64,000 nucleotides of DNA from Methanothrix sp. (GTDB taxonomy: Archaea > Halobacteriota > Methanosarcinia > Methanotrichales > Methanotrichaceae). The stretch spans positions 96,001-160,000 of the forward strand of contig JBAXWY010000001.1 in assembly GCA_037128175.1 (NCBI GenBank), given 5' to 3'. Shown one piece after another: positions 1-8,883 of this stretch; positions within the stretch are counted from its first letter, which is position 1, and every line of letters starts with the position of its first letter. Made by a program: the position numbers and the translations under genes. The notes under the pieces are model-generated. The model was not told the origin of the DNA, did no database searches, and saw only the letters and a program-made list of their open reading frames with translations.

Positions 1-763
1 AATCATCAATTAAGGTGGTGAAGGTAGAGCTCAGCCTGGCGATCTCATCGGTCATCTCTCTAGGAAGCTCGTTATCATTCTGGGAGGATATCTCGGCGAT
101 CTTTGAGGCATGATCTGCCATACGCTCCAGGTTTGTGGCCGCTTGCATGTAATTAAAGGCGCTGATGGGGCAGAGTGTCTCCTGCTTTAGGGATCCTGAT
201 CTAAGGATATCTATGAATTGACGGGCTATAAGCAGATTAAGACGATCCACGTCATTATCTCTTTGAATGACGTCCATTGCTAGATCTTTATTCCTTTTTA
301 GAAGGGAGGATAGAGCGTCCTGGATCATGGACCGGGTAATATTCTTCATTCTTTTCAGGGCGCGATCAGCCGGTAGTTCTTCCGCGCTGAGAAGGTCATG
401 TATAACCACTTTATTGATAGTCTCTTCCAGGATCTCCGGTCCGATGAGTTTGTTTACGATCGAGTGCAGATCTCTTTTTTGCATTGCTGTCAGTTGATGA
501 GACGATATCTCGACCGTCTTGTAACCTGCAAGATAGCAGGCTATCACATCTCGAATCAACGGCGCTCCGTATTTGTTTCCGATGTCAAGCTTGACTATCT
601 GGTCCGGCTCAGATCTATCACTGGATAGTAATAGGTCACCATTTTGGTTTTGCGAAATAAATAATAAAGAACCGCTGACGATTGCGTTTTCGTTTGCCCA
701 TTTTTTGGGAAGGGAAACAATCAACGTTGACTTTCCCGTCTTCTGCACTTTTCTCGTTTCCAT
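1..763 (-). CDS. phoU: Phosphate uptake regulator, AbrB/MazE-type N-terminal domain plus PhoU domains (3' end runs off the window)
   Basis: Not in the ORF track; read manually from ATG at 763 as METRKVQKTGKSTLIVSLPKKWANENAI, the typical archaeal AbrB-PhoU N-terminus. Later DDVDRLN and LERMADHA are PhoU motifs. Lies near pstS genes. Confidence 0.9.
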   Translation of the reverse strand, partial: METRKVQKTGKSTLIVSLPKKWANENAIVSGSLLFISQNQNGDLLLSSDRSEPDQIVKLDIGNKYGAPLIRDVIACYLAGYKTVEISSHQLTAMQKRDLHSIVNKLIGPEILEETINKVVIHDLLSAEELPADRALKRMKNITRSMIQDALSSLLKRNKDLAMDVIQRDNDVDRLNLLIARQFIDILRSGSLKQETLCPISAFNYMQAATNLERMADHASKIAEISSQNDNELPREMTDEIARLSSTFTTLIDD

Positions 764-1009
764 ATTTATTTTTAATTTTATAGACGATGGGATATTCCTT
801 GCATATAAAGATGATATAGTATGAGCATAGAAAATATTATTATTACTACTATATATCTAACTATGTTTATCTTTGTCTCCTTATCCATTGCGTTTAGGAT
901 AGTACAAACGACTTATATATTTTTCCTATATAATATGAATACTACGCTTATCTCTATTGAATCTATATAGGTTGAATTGAGTGCCGCAATACAATGATTC
1001 ATCCCTAAT

Positions 1010-1999
1010 TCAATGAGTGTGAATGCCGAGCATCTGCTCTATTTCAGAGAGCCGGGAGCTTTCCCTTCTTATGTAAAGCGCGGCAGGCAGTCCTGAGTTG
1101 GCTATTTTGTACGTAGCTGCAAGAGCGGCACGATATACTCGGGGAAAATCTCTAAGCGAATTGCCAGCAAGGATGGCTATAAACTTGTCCAGATGGCTTA
1201 TTCCGGTGGAGATCTTCTTGCTTTTCAGGATCATATCCTGGCTGGATATCAGATCTAACCAAATGTTCATCTCCTGCATGAGGTCCTGCTTCGTCAGATC
1301 TCTTACGACAATGTATGATTTTCCCTGGCAGATATTGTTGTAGAATTCTCTAAAGGTTTTTCCTCTGGAAAGAGTATACGCCTGTCCTATCCTTCCTGAA
1401 TGAGTATCTGTGGACGCGATCAGTCCTTTTCCATACCTTCTGGCTAATTCCATAATCATCTCGTTTTTTCTCCTGACGCGATGCATATTGTATTCTATGG
1501 CTGGAAAGAGCTTGATCAGATCCGGTATGACGGCTAGATTGGGTCTTTCTCCCGGCTCGAACCAGAGGGGATGGTTATAAACGAAGGGCAGTTTTTCTTT
1601 TCTGAGGAAATACAGGAAGCTGTGCAGGTCTCCCACCGCGGCAATCTCTTCAAGTTTTTGAAACTGCTTATTGCCCAGGTCATAAACATTGATATGAATG
1701 GTATGTCCAACGGATTTCATATCCTTGATTTTTATCTCTACGCCTCTGATCAGACCTTCCATCTCGGGGCTCAAGATGTCGTATGCTGCCATAGTATCGT
1801 GATCAGTAAACGTCACATAGTCCATTCCATTCTCTTTTGCCGTCTGATATAATCTCTCTGGGTGCAAAGACCTAACCGAAATCACGTCCGGGGAGAAAAG
1901 GGTATGCACATGGAGATCTGCGGCCTGCCAACCATGTTTCCGAAAGACTTCTGCATCCCTCGCTGAGAGGATCTTTGTAGCTGCATTATTATCTTTCAT
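1010..1999 (-). CDS. PHP-domain metal-dependent phosphoesterase
   Basis: Motifs ADLHVHT, TFTDHD, GVEI, HINVY, NHP and STDTH. Confidence 0.85.
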   Translation of the reverse strand: MKDNNAATKILSARDAEVFRKHGWQAADLHVHTLFSPDVISVRSLHPERLYQTAKENGMDYVTFTDHDTMAAYDILSPEMEGLIRGVEIKIKDMKSVGHTIHINVYDLGNKQFQKLEEIAAVGDLHSFLYFLRKEKLPFVYNHPLWFEPGERPNLAVIPDLIKLFPAIEYNMHRVRRKNEMIMELARRYGKGLIASTDTHSGRIGQAYTLSRGKTFREFYNNICQGKSYIVVRDLTKQDLMQEMNIWLDLISSQDMILKSKKISTGISHLDKFIAILAGNSLRDFPRVYRAALAATYKIANSGLPAALYIRRESSRLSEIEQMLGIHTH

Positions 2000-2238
2000 C
2001 AGGGGAAATGATCACCATATCAATCATATGTTTTGTGCATTTAAACTATATAGCATATATCACTTATTCCTTGTATTGGTTTTTGACCGACTCATTTTAA
2101 AAGGAAAAAATTTTGGCGAATCATGCGGTAATACGTGTGCTGGGAGGAAAATCTGATCCCAGGCCGTCATGTATCAGAGCTTAACCATGAGTTAGGCAAG
2201 GGAAACCCAGGTTTAATCATTATAATATTATATATTCA

Positions 2239-2727
2239 TTAGCAAGAAGCTAAACCCTTTTGCTTCCTCTCTGCAAAGTCTTCCATTACCTGATTGAGCA
2301 GGGCGCGAATTTTTGGCACCTCATCATTTTTGAGGTCGCGAAGCATCAGCGGCAAGGCAAACATCACCGCAACATCCAGTTGTATCAGGTTGATTGGATT
2401 ACAATTGTGCAGCGCCATTTGGGCATTTTTTCGGACGGCTGCAATGCAGCTACCCATTGTCTTTATCTCTTCTTGGCCTTCCTCTGATGTCTTGCCGTTG
2501 CCGTTCATCTCCCAGGCGCTCACCACGGAAGTGATCAAATTGGCCTTTAGGTCCTCCGCGATATTTACCATCTTCAATAGATCCAAGATCAAGCCCAGTT
2601 TGAGGGATCTAATTTCGCCTATCCTGGTTACCAGCCCCTTTCGCTCCAAAATTGCCTCGTAGTATCCCAGAAGGCCAAGCAGACACTCGCCTTTTCGAGA
2701 ATCCTCACAGCCGATAACTTCAAACAT
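2239..2727 (-). CDS. Hypothetical helical protein
   Basis: ORF with GGAGG SD upstream of ATG at 2727 (MFEVIG); no recognised motif. Confidence 0.6.
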   Translation of the reverse strand: MFEVIGCEDSRKGECLLGLLGYYEAILERKGLVTRIGEIRSLKLGLILDLLKMVNIAEDLKANLITSVVSAWEMNGNGKTSEEGQEEIKTMGSCIAAVRKNAQMALHNCNPINLIQLDVAVMFALPLMLRDLKNDEVPKIRALLNQVMEDFAERKQKGLASC

Positions 2728-3112
2728 CCTTTTTCCTCCCATTTTCAAAAATAGACATTACAGATGAACTCTTGAGCCCTCTTTGAGGTCGAGAAATTAT
2801 AGGCGATCTAAATTCATTGCCCTTTCCCAGAGATAAAGCGGTTAACACCATTTCATATCATTTGAATTCGTCCATATATTCCTTCTCCTATTAAAATATA
2901 TACCTCTATTTTGTGAATATATTCTATATACAATTATCTGGAAAATATACACTGCACCTGCGGCCACCTTATCCACTCGTCTCATCCGGTTTAGACATAT
3001 TTTAAAAAAACTATTATTGATTGATGCCGGCGATGTTCTCGATGGAGGTAGAGTGACACCCCCAGCATCAATGGACCGTTTTCATAATTGCAAAAAATTT
3101 GATAGTTACTTC

Positions 3113-4144
3113 TCAGTAGACTCTCGGGAACTGGGCTTGATTCGGTGCCTTGAAGCAGGTGCAGTCGAAGATGCCCTTCACAGATTTGAGTTTCGCGTCT
3201 CCAATATAGCTCGCAGGCATGGTAAGGTAGCCTCCTGAGCAGCAAGGTAGCCAGTCGTCACTTGACGTCTTCTTATAATAGGGCACCTCGATGGTCATGT
3301 TCTTCTCGATGTGGGAGGTTCCCCAGTAGTCCTCATCGATCTCAATGGAGGGGTTCTTCCAGGCACTGCTGAGGATACCAGACCCCAATCCCTTTAATGA
3401 AGAGAAGTCTGATAAGGGCATCTTCCCGTCTTTGGCGAGTTTTCCTGCGTAGTCCGTATTGGATTGCAGGACGCCGATGTGTGTTTTGCCGTCCGTCACA
3501 TCTTCATTGATCTTCATCTCGGTAAAGCCCACGCCTTCCCAAACGGGATCGTAAGTATAGTTAAATTTCTCTTTGCCAACGATTTCCAATTCCTTATCAA
3601 GGGCATGAGCATACTCGACTTCGTGATGCATGCTTGTGCCGGCGCGATAGTTCTTCACCCAAGTCTTCTCTTTCAGCAGGGAATTGTAATCCAGCGGATT
3701 TGCGGCATAATAGCCAGTTCCGACGGCTATTTTCATGGGTGCATATACCATGGAGACATCTTCCTTGAATTGGATGCAGTTCTGAGTGAAATCGTTGTAA
3801 TCAGTGTATAGCGGATGATTTTGCTTATTCAATTGTTGATAGGTCAGAGTGGACTCGCTGTTTAAGGAGCCGCTGCCATGAGCATAATTCTTGACTTCGA
3901 CATTACCAGACTTAGCATACAGGTAGGTCATGGAATAACCATTACTTTGCACACTCTGCTCAAAGTTGAATGTTATATTCTTCTCTTCGTAAGATCCTGG
4001 ACCAACTAAAGAGCCTGTGGTGGCCGCCATTGAACCGCCAATGAGCGCTATCAGTATAAGAGCAAATGACAATGCTAGCACAGATCTTTCTGGACCAATC
4101 CGCTCACAATAAGCAGAAAGTTTTTCGCAGATCCCTTTTATCAT
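3113..4144 (-). CDS. Secreted beta-rich protein with Cys-containing C-terminus, Methanothrix-type
   Basis: Hydrophobic signal (VLALSFALILIALIGGSMA), GSGS-type beta segments, C-terminal WLPCC...FDCTCF; GAGGTG SD upstream. Confidence 0.75.
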   Translation of the reverse strand: MIKGICEKLSAYCERIGPERSVLALSFALILIALIGGSMAATTGSLVGPGSYEEKNITFNFEQSVQSNGYSMTYLYAKSGNVEVKNYAHGSGSLNSESTLTYQQLNKQNHPLYTDYNDFTQNCIQFKEDVSMVYAPMKIAVGTGYYAANPLDYNSLLKEKTWVKNYRAGTSMHHEVEYAHALDKELEIVGKEKFNYTYDPVWEGVGFTEMKINEDVTDGKTHIGVLQSNTDYAGKLAKDGKMPLSDFSSLKGLGSGILSSAWKNPSIEIDEDYWGTSHIEKNMTIEVPYYKKTSSDDWLPCCSGGYLTMPASYIGDAKLKSVKGIFDCTCFKAPNQAQFPRVY

Positions 4145-4369
4145 CCTACATCACCTCAATCCTTAACTGATCCCTGCCGCTGGGTTTTATGAGATAAATA
4201 GGCTGTCTTTATAGAAAACGTAAGATATATTCTGCCACATTCAATTGATATTGTATGCAATAGCATTTCGAATATGAGAATCGATTACCGGAATAGAGAT
4301 CTATTTTCCAGGTATTTTTATTGTGACCGTTTGATTGGGTCGTATTACTATATTCTTTATTTTTAAAGC

Positions 4370-4511
4370 AATACCCCGATGCTTGCATCGGGGATAAAGG
4401 GCATGCTTATTCAGCTTAGGTTTGGATCAGCTTAACCTGGTTCCACCTTCATGCGGCGGCGCCTTGGATGCCCCGCAGCTTGCTGCGCGGGTGCGCCGCC
4501 GCCGTTTCACT
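4370..4511 (+). mobile_element. Non-autonomous palindrome-ended element (IS200/IS605-like PATE/MITE), copy 1
   Basis: Terminal hairpins CCCCGATGCTTGCATCGGGG and GCGGCGGCGC...CCCCGCAGCTTGCTGCG...GCGCCGCCGC; closely similar inverted copy at 23211-23357. Confidence 0.75.
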
Positions 4512-4559
4512 TTGACAAAATTTACATATCTTGCTATGTCAGGTCGCTGCGGTGAGAAT

Positions 4560-5381
4560 ATGAGAAGACTTGCGACCATATTGCTTATTGCCCTATTTGT
4601 TGGGTCGTTTGCTACAGCGTTAGCAGCAGAGAAGGTGACAGTCACCGGATCGACGACTGTATTGCCTCTTGCAGAGCTAGAAGCTGAATCATTTAATGGT
4701 CAACAGACCGATTGTCAGATAACGGTTACTGGCGGCGGCACGGGTGCGGGCATAACTGCAGCCGGTGAAGGCCGATCAGATATCGCCATGGCTTCCAGAG
4801 AGATCAAAGACACGGAGAGGAGCAAATATAGCAAAAACAATTTCCAGCAATTCTTCATCGGCTATGATGGTATCTGTATCATTGTAAGCAAACCCATCTA
4901 TGATGCCGGTGTCAAGGCCATAACCAAGGACCAGCTCAAGAACATCTATGCAGGAAAGATCACAAATTGGAAGGAATTGAAGGGGCCTGATGCGGAGATC
5001 TATGCGATTGCCAGAGAGGATGGCTCCGGAACCAGGGACACTTTCAATGAGCTGATTATGGGTTCTACGACCGCTGAGACGCCTGGGGTAAAGACTGTCG
5101 GCCAGGGTAGTGCTGAAGTTAAGACAGCAGTAACTGGCAGCGATAAGGCAATCGGCTATGTCGGCTTTAGCTACGCAGAGAGTGGAGATGTGGGTGTATT
5201 GACATATGAGAGCGTTAATCCAAATGTAGCTAACATAAAGAGCGGCTCTTATCCCCTGGCCCGTCACCTTTACTTCTACACCTGGGGGCAGCCCACACCC
5301 TGTGCCCAAAAGTTCATTGATTTCGTGCTCAGTTCCGCGGGACAGAAAATTGCGGATGAAAATGGATTCATACCGATCTGA
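4560..5381 (+). CDS. pstS: Phosphate ABC transporter substrate-binding protein PstS (paralogue 1)
   Basis: Signal peptide; GSTTVLP, GGGTGAG, DIAMASR, REDGSGTR, YPLARHLY. Start moved to ATG 4560 because the upstream ORF extension runs through the repeat element. Confidence 0.92.
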   Translation: MRRLATILLIALFVGSFATALAAEKVTVTGSTTVLPLAELEAESFNGQQTDCQITVTGGGTGAGITAAGEGRSDIAMASREIKDTERSKYSKNNFQQFFIGYDGICIIVSKPIYDAGVKAITKDQLKNIYAGKITNWKELKGPDAEIYAIAREDGSGTRDTFNELIMGSTTAETPGVKTVGQGSAEVKTAVTGSDKAIGYVGFSYAESGDVGVLTYESVNPNVANIKSGSYPLARHLYFYTWGQPTPCAQKFIDFVLSSAGQKIADENGFIPI

Positions 5382-5544
5382 GTGATTCTCAGGTCTTTCC
5401 CTTCTCTTTTCCTTGGGGGAGTTGTCCTTTAAGCATATATTCTATATAGTATCGTGGCCTGTAATGTAGATAATAGGTGATATATATTTTATATTGGTTA
5501 ACTTTACATATCATTCCCGCTTCCCTGTCTCTGGTGAAATCTCA

Positions 5545-6369
5545 GTGAGAAAGTTATTTAGTGCTCTAATAATCGCCTTGATCGTGGGCGCAATCGGCAC
5601 CTCTATGGTCATGGCCAAGGAGACGGTTCGTGTCTCTGGATCGACGACGGTATTGCCTCTGGCGGAAGCCGGAGCTGAGGCCTTCAATGGTGAGCAGTCC
5701 GACTACCAGGCACTGGTGACCGGGGGCGGTACCGGAGTGGGCATCAAGAATGTTGCCGAGGGCAACTCCGAGATAGGAATGGCTTCGCGCGAGGTTACTC
5801 CAGATGAGAAGAGTAATTTCGGCGACAAGTTCAAGGAAAACATGGTAGGCTATGACGGCATAGTCATTGCTGTGAGCAAGCAGATCTATGATGCCGGTGT
5901 GACTGCCCTGACCAAGGACCAGGTCAAGAAGATCTACTCAGGGGAGACTACCAACTGGAAAGATCTGGGCGGCCCGGATTCGGAAATACTGGTTGTTGCC
6001 AGGGAGCAGGGCTCCGGCACCAGAGACACCTTCAACGAAGATATCATGAATGACAAGAAAGCCGAGACACCCGGCGTGAACACCGTCGCAGGCAGCAATG
6101 CCGAGATCAGGACGGCCCTTACCGGCAGCGATAAGGCCATAGGGTACCTGGGATTCAGCTATGCAGAGGATGGAGCAGTTGGAGCCATAACTCTGGACGG
6201 CGTGAAGGCAACCCCCGAGACCATCAAGGATGGAAGCTACGAGCTTGCTCGCAAGTTGTACTTCTACACCTTTGGTGATGCCAAGCCTGGCGCGCAGGCC
6301 TTTATAGATTTCATGATGGGGGCCGCAGGTCAGAAGGTAGCGGTGGAGTACGGGTTCGTACCAATATAA
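5545..6369 (+). CDS. pstS: PstS paralogue 2
   Basis: GSTTVLP, GGGTGVG, GMASRE, REQGSGTR; likely GTG start at 5545. Confidence 0.92.
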   Translation: MRKLFSALIIALIVGAIGTSMVMAKETVRVSGSTTVLPLAEAGAEAFNGEQSDYQALVTGGGTGVGIKNVAEGNSEIGMASREVTPDEKSNFGDKFKENMVGYDGIVIAVSKQIYDAGVTALTKDQVKKIYSGETTNWKDLGGPDSEILVVAREQGSGTRDTFNEDIMNDKKAETPGVNTVAGSNAEIRTALTGSDKAIGYLGFSYAEDGAVGAITLDGVKATPETIKDGSYELARKLYFYTFGDAKPGAQAFIDFMMGAAGQKVAVEYGFVPI

Positions 6370-6566
6370 AATCATCTCTTAATCTCCTTTTTTTTCTTTT
6401 TTCCTAACTCCTGATATTGAGACTTTCCTTTCTTGTTTTGCCACTAAAAATGTGCATCGATGGCCATTGCATGAGCAAGGCGCATAGTATCCCGAAAGAT
6501 ATTTATATTAACCTATTACTATTAACATTATATACTCAAAATATTTCTGTTTGCGGGATGGATTAG

Positions 6567-7391
6567 ATGAGAAAGCCTATTTGCGTTCTGTTTATTGCTC
6601 TGCTCATAGGGACTGTTGGCCCCGTTACGGTTACTGCGAAGGAGACCGTCCTTATCTCAGGATCAACTACAGTTTTGCCATTGGCTGAGGCTGGCGCAGA
6701 GGCCTTCAATGGGGGGCAGTCGAACTACACCGTCCTTGTTACTGGAGGTGGCACTTATGCAGGAATCGAGAACATCGCGAAGGGCAAATCCGATATAGCG
6801 ATGGCCTCCAGCAAGGTTGCTGAATTGGATATTATCAGCTCAGGCTATAAATTCAAGGAAAGACTGATCGGCCATGACGGCATAGTTATTGTCGTTGGCA
6901 AGCAGATCTATGATGCAGGCGTGACCTCTCTGACCAAAGATCAGGTCAAGAGAATCTACTCGGGAGAGATCAACAACTGGAAAGATCTGGGCGGCCCGGA
7001 TTCGGAAATGCTGGTCGTTACCAGAGAGAACGGGTCTGGTACCCGGGATGTCTTCAATGAATATGTCCTGGGCAGAAAAAAGGCGGAGATGCCAAGTACA
7101 TGTATTGTGGCAGACAGCAATGAAGAAATGAAACGGCTCATAAATGAAAACAAGACCGCAATAGGATATCTTGGATTTAGCTATTCAGAGGATGGGGCCG
7201 TGGGCGTGATCACCCTGGACGGTGTCAAGCCGACGGCTGAGGCCATAAAGAATGCTAGCTATGAGCTTGCTCGCGAGCTGTACTTCTATACCTATGGCGA
7301 TGTAAAACCGGGAGCCCAGGCCTTTATAGATTTCATGGTAGGGCCCAAGGGTCAGAAAATTGCCAGAGAATATGGGTTCGTACCACTTTAA
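6567..7391 (+). CDS. pstS: PstS paralogue 3 (divergent)
   Basis: GSTTVLP and RENGSGTR retained; GGGTYAG and MASSK differ from the other two copies. Confidence 0.88.
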   Translation: MRKPICVLFIALLIGTVGPVTVTAKETVLISGSTTVLPLAEAGAEAFNGGQSNYTVLVTGGGTYAGIENIAKGKSDIAMASSKVAELDIISSGYKFKERLIGHDGIVIVVGKQIYDAGVTSLTKDQVKRIYSGEINNWKDLGGPDSEMLVVTRENGSGTRDVFNEYVLGRKKAEMPSTCIVADSNEEMKRLINENKTAIGYLGFSYSEDGAVGVITLDGVKPTAEAIKNASYELARELYFYTYGDVKPGAQAFIDFMVGPKGQKIAREYGFVPL

Positions 7392-7413
7392 ACACTATGA
7401 ATCGTTGTCTGCA

Positions 7414-8109
7414 TTACCCCTCGTACTGATATTCATCCAGTGCGTCCGTTGTTATGGTCATCAGGAAGTAGGCCAGGCAATCACTCTGAAAGACGTTCTC
7501 ATCTGAGGGGAAGCTGACCCCAGTGATGCTACAGATGAGCTCTGCTTCCTCCGTTTTTCCCATCATGCGGCGCAGCCACACAAAGAGCAATATCTGCAAG
7601 GCTTGCAGCCTCTCGGCCTGCCTGGTGAGGCTCTCTATGTCCTTTTGAACCTCTGGATCGCCTCTCTTTTCCCGCATCATTTTTACGAATTTTGCCGTCC
7701 CCAGGCAGTCAGAGTAGAAGCATATTAATCCCTCACCATTTGTATCGAGATTGAGCATGGGAAATGTCCGGCAGATGCGGGGCCTATGGCTGTAGATCAT
7801 GCACCTTTTTGCCAAAACATCAAAAAGGCAGCAGCTTCTATCCGGCCCGATGCACTTTAGGGTCCTGCATCCAGGATTTTTTTCCGGGTCAGGATCCGTA
7901 AACCTGGTCCTCGCCTCGGATGGGCTGATGGCAAGCGTTCTTGCAATTTCTTGCAGGTCCGCCTCATCAACCAGCGCGTAGCCTTCCTCTCGGCAGCATT
8001 CCCCGCAATTCTCGCAACGGAAAAGGACCTGAGCGGCAATCTGTGGGAAGAGGGACTCAGGAATTTCAGTGGAAAACCACTGCAGAAATGATTCTTTCTC
8101 CATCATCAT
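7414..8109 (-). CDS. YkgJ-family cysteine-cluster (Zn/Fe-S) protein
   Basis: FRCENCGECC...C..L...CC.FD...RCMIYSHRPRICRTFP. Confidence 0.85.
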   Translation of the reverse strand: MMMEKESFLQWFSTEIPESLFPQIAAQVLFRCENCGECCREEGYALVDEADLQEIARTLAISPSEARTRFTDPDPEKNPGCRTLKCIGPDRSCCLFDVLAKRCMIYSHRPRICRTFPMLNLDTNGEGLICFYSDCLGTAKFVKMMREKRGDPEVQKDIESLTRQAERLQALQILLFVWLRRMMGKTEEAELICSITGVSFPSDENVFQSDCLAYFLMTITTDALDEYQYEG

Positions 8110-8753
8110 GCTCCTGCCATCGCCCGGTATAAGTTCCAGACCCCGGTAGCCACAAAGCTTACGGCCACTCCTCCTAAAATCAGCCCCATTATCCTGGTCA
8201 TGACCATTATCTCTGTAATTCCCAGGGCCTTATCTATGTACTGCGAGAATTTGAGGATGAAGAATGTGGCCAGGAATGTCAGACTGATGGCCAGCAGTAC
8301 CAGGCCCTTTTTCGTCAGGCTGTCTGCCGCGCCCATCAAAACCACCACGGTGGTTATGGCCCCGGGACCTGTAAGCAGCGGTATGGCCAGGGGAAATATG
8401 GAGACGTCCTCTCGCTGATTCGCATCCAGAAGCTCCGCCTCAGTGACCTTGTTTTGCCGGCGTATGCCCTGCAGCATGTCTATGGCCACCAGGAAAAGCA
8501 GGATGCCACCGGCCACGCGCAAGCTGTCTACGGTGATGCCGAAGATGCGCAAAACTGCGTCCCCGGCCAGGGAAAAGAGAATGGCAATGGCGAAGGCAAC
8601 CAGAGTGGTGCGCCTGTAGATGTGCCTCCTCTCTTTTGAGTTCAGAGTGGTAGTGAGGGTGACATAGACCAGTGTGGCCTCGATGGGGTTGACTATGATG
8701 AATATCGTGGTGAAGGCATACACAAAGTAGAGCAGCAATTCGCTTATTTCCAT
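8106..8753 (-). CDS. MarC-family inner membrane protein
   Basis: IIVNP, LRVAGGILLF, PLAIPLLTGPGAITT, TRIMGLIL; start at ATG 8753. Confidence 0.92.
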   Translation of the reverse strand: MEISELLLYFVYAFTTIFIIVNPIEATLVYVTLTTTLNSKERRHIYRRTTLVAFAIAILFSLAGDAVLRIFGITVDSLRVAGGILLFLVAIDMLQGIRRQNKVTEAELLDANQREDVSIFPLAIPLLTGPGAITTVVVLMGAADSLTKKGLVLLAISLTFLATFFILKFSQYIDKALGITEIMVMTRIMGLILGGVAVSFVATGVWNLYRAMAGA

Positions 8754-8883
8754 AACATTTCCTTTTTGGCTGAGCGTTCTAATGATGATCAATTGCTTAG
8801 CTGGATTTAGGTCATTCCTCTTTAATAAACTCCCTGATGGAAGGAATGGCATTTTATACCGCCGAGTAAGTTATAAGGTTTGT

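Noticed and set aside
4422-4559. N-terminal extension of pstS1 in the ORF track
   Set aside because: It is translated repeat element; the signal peptide begins at ATG 4560.
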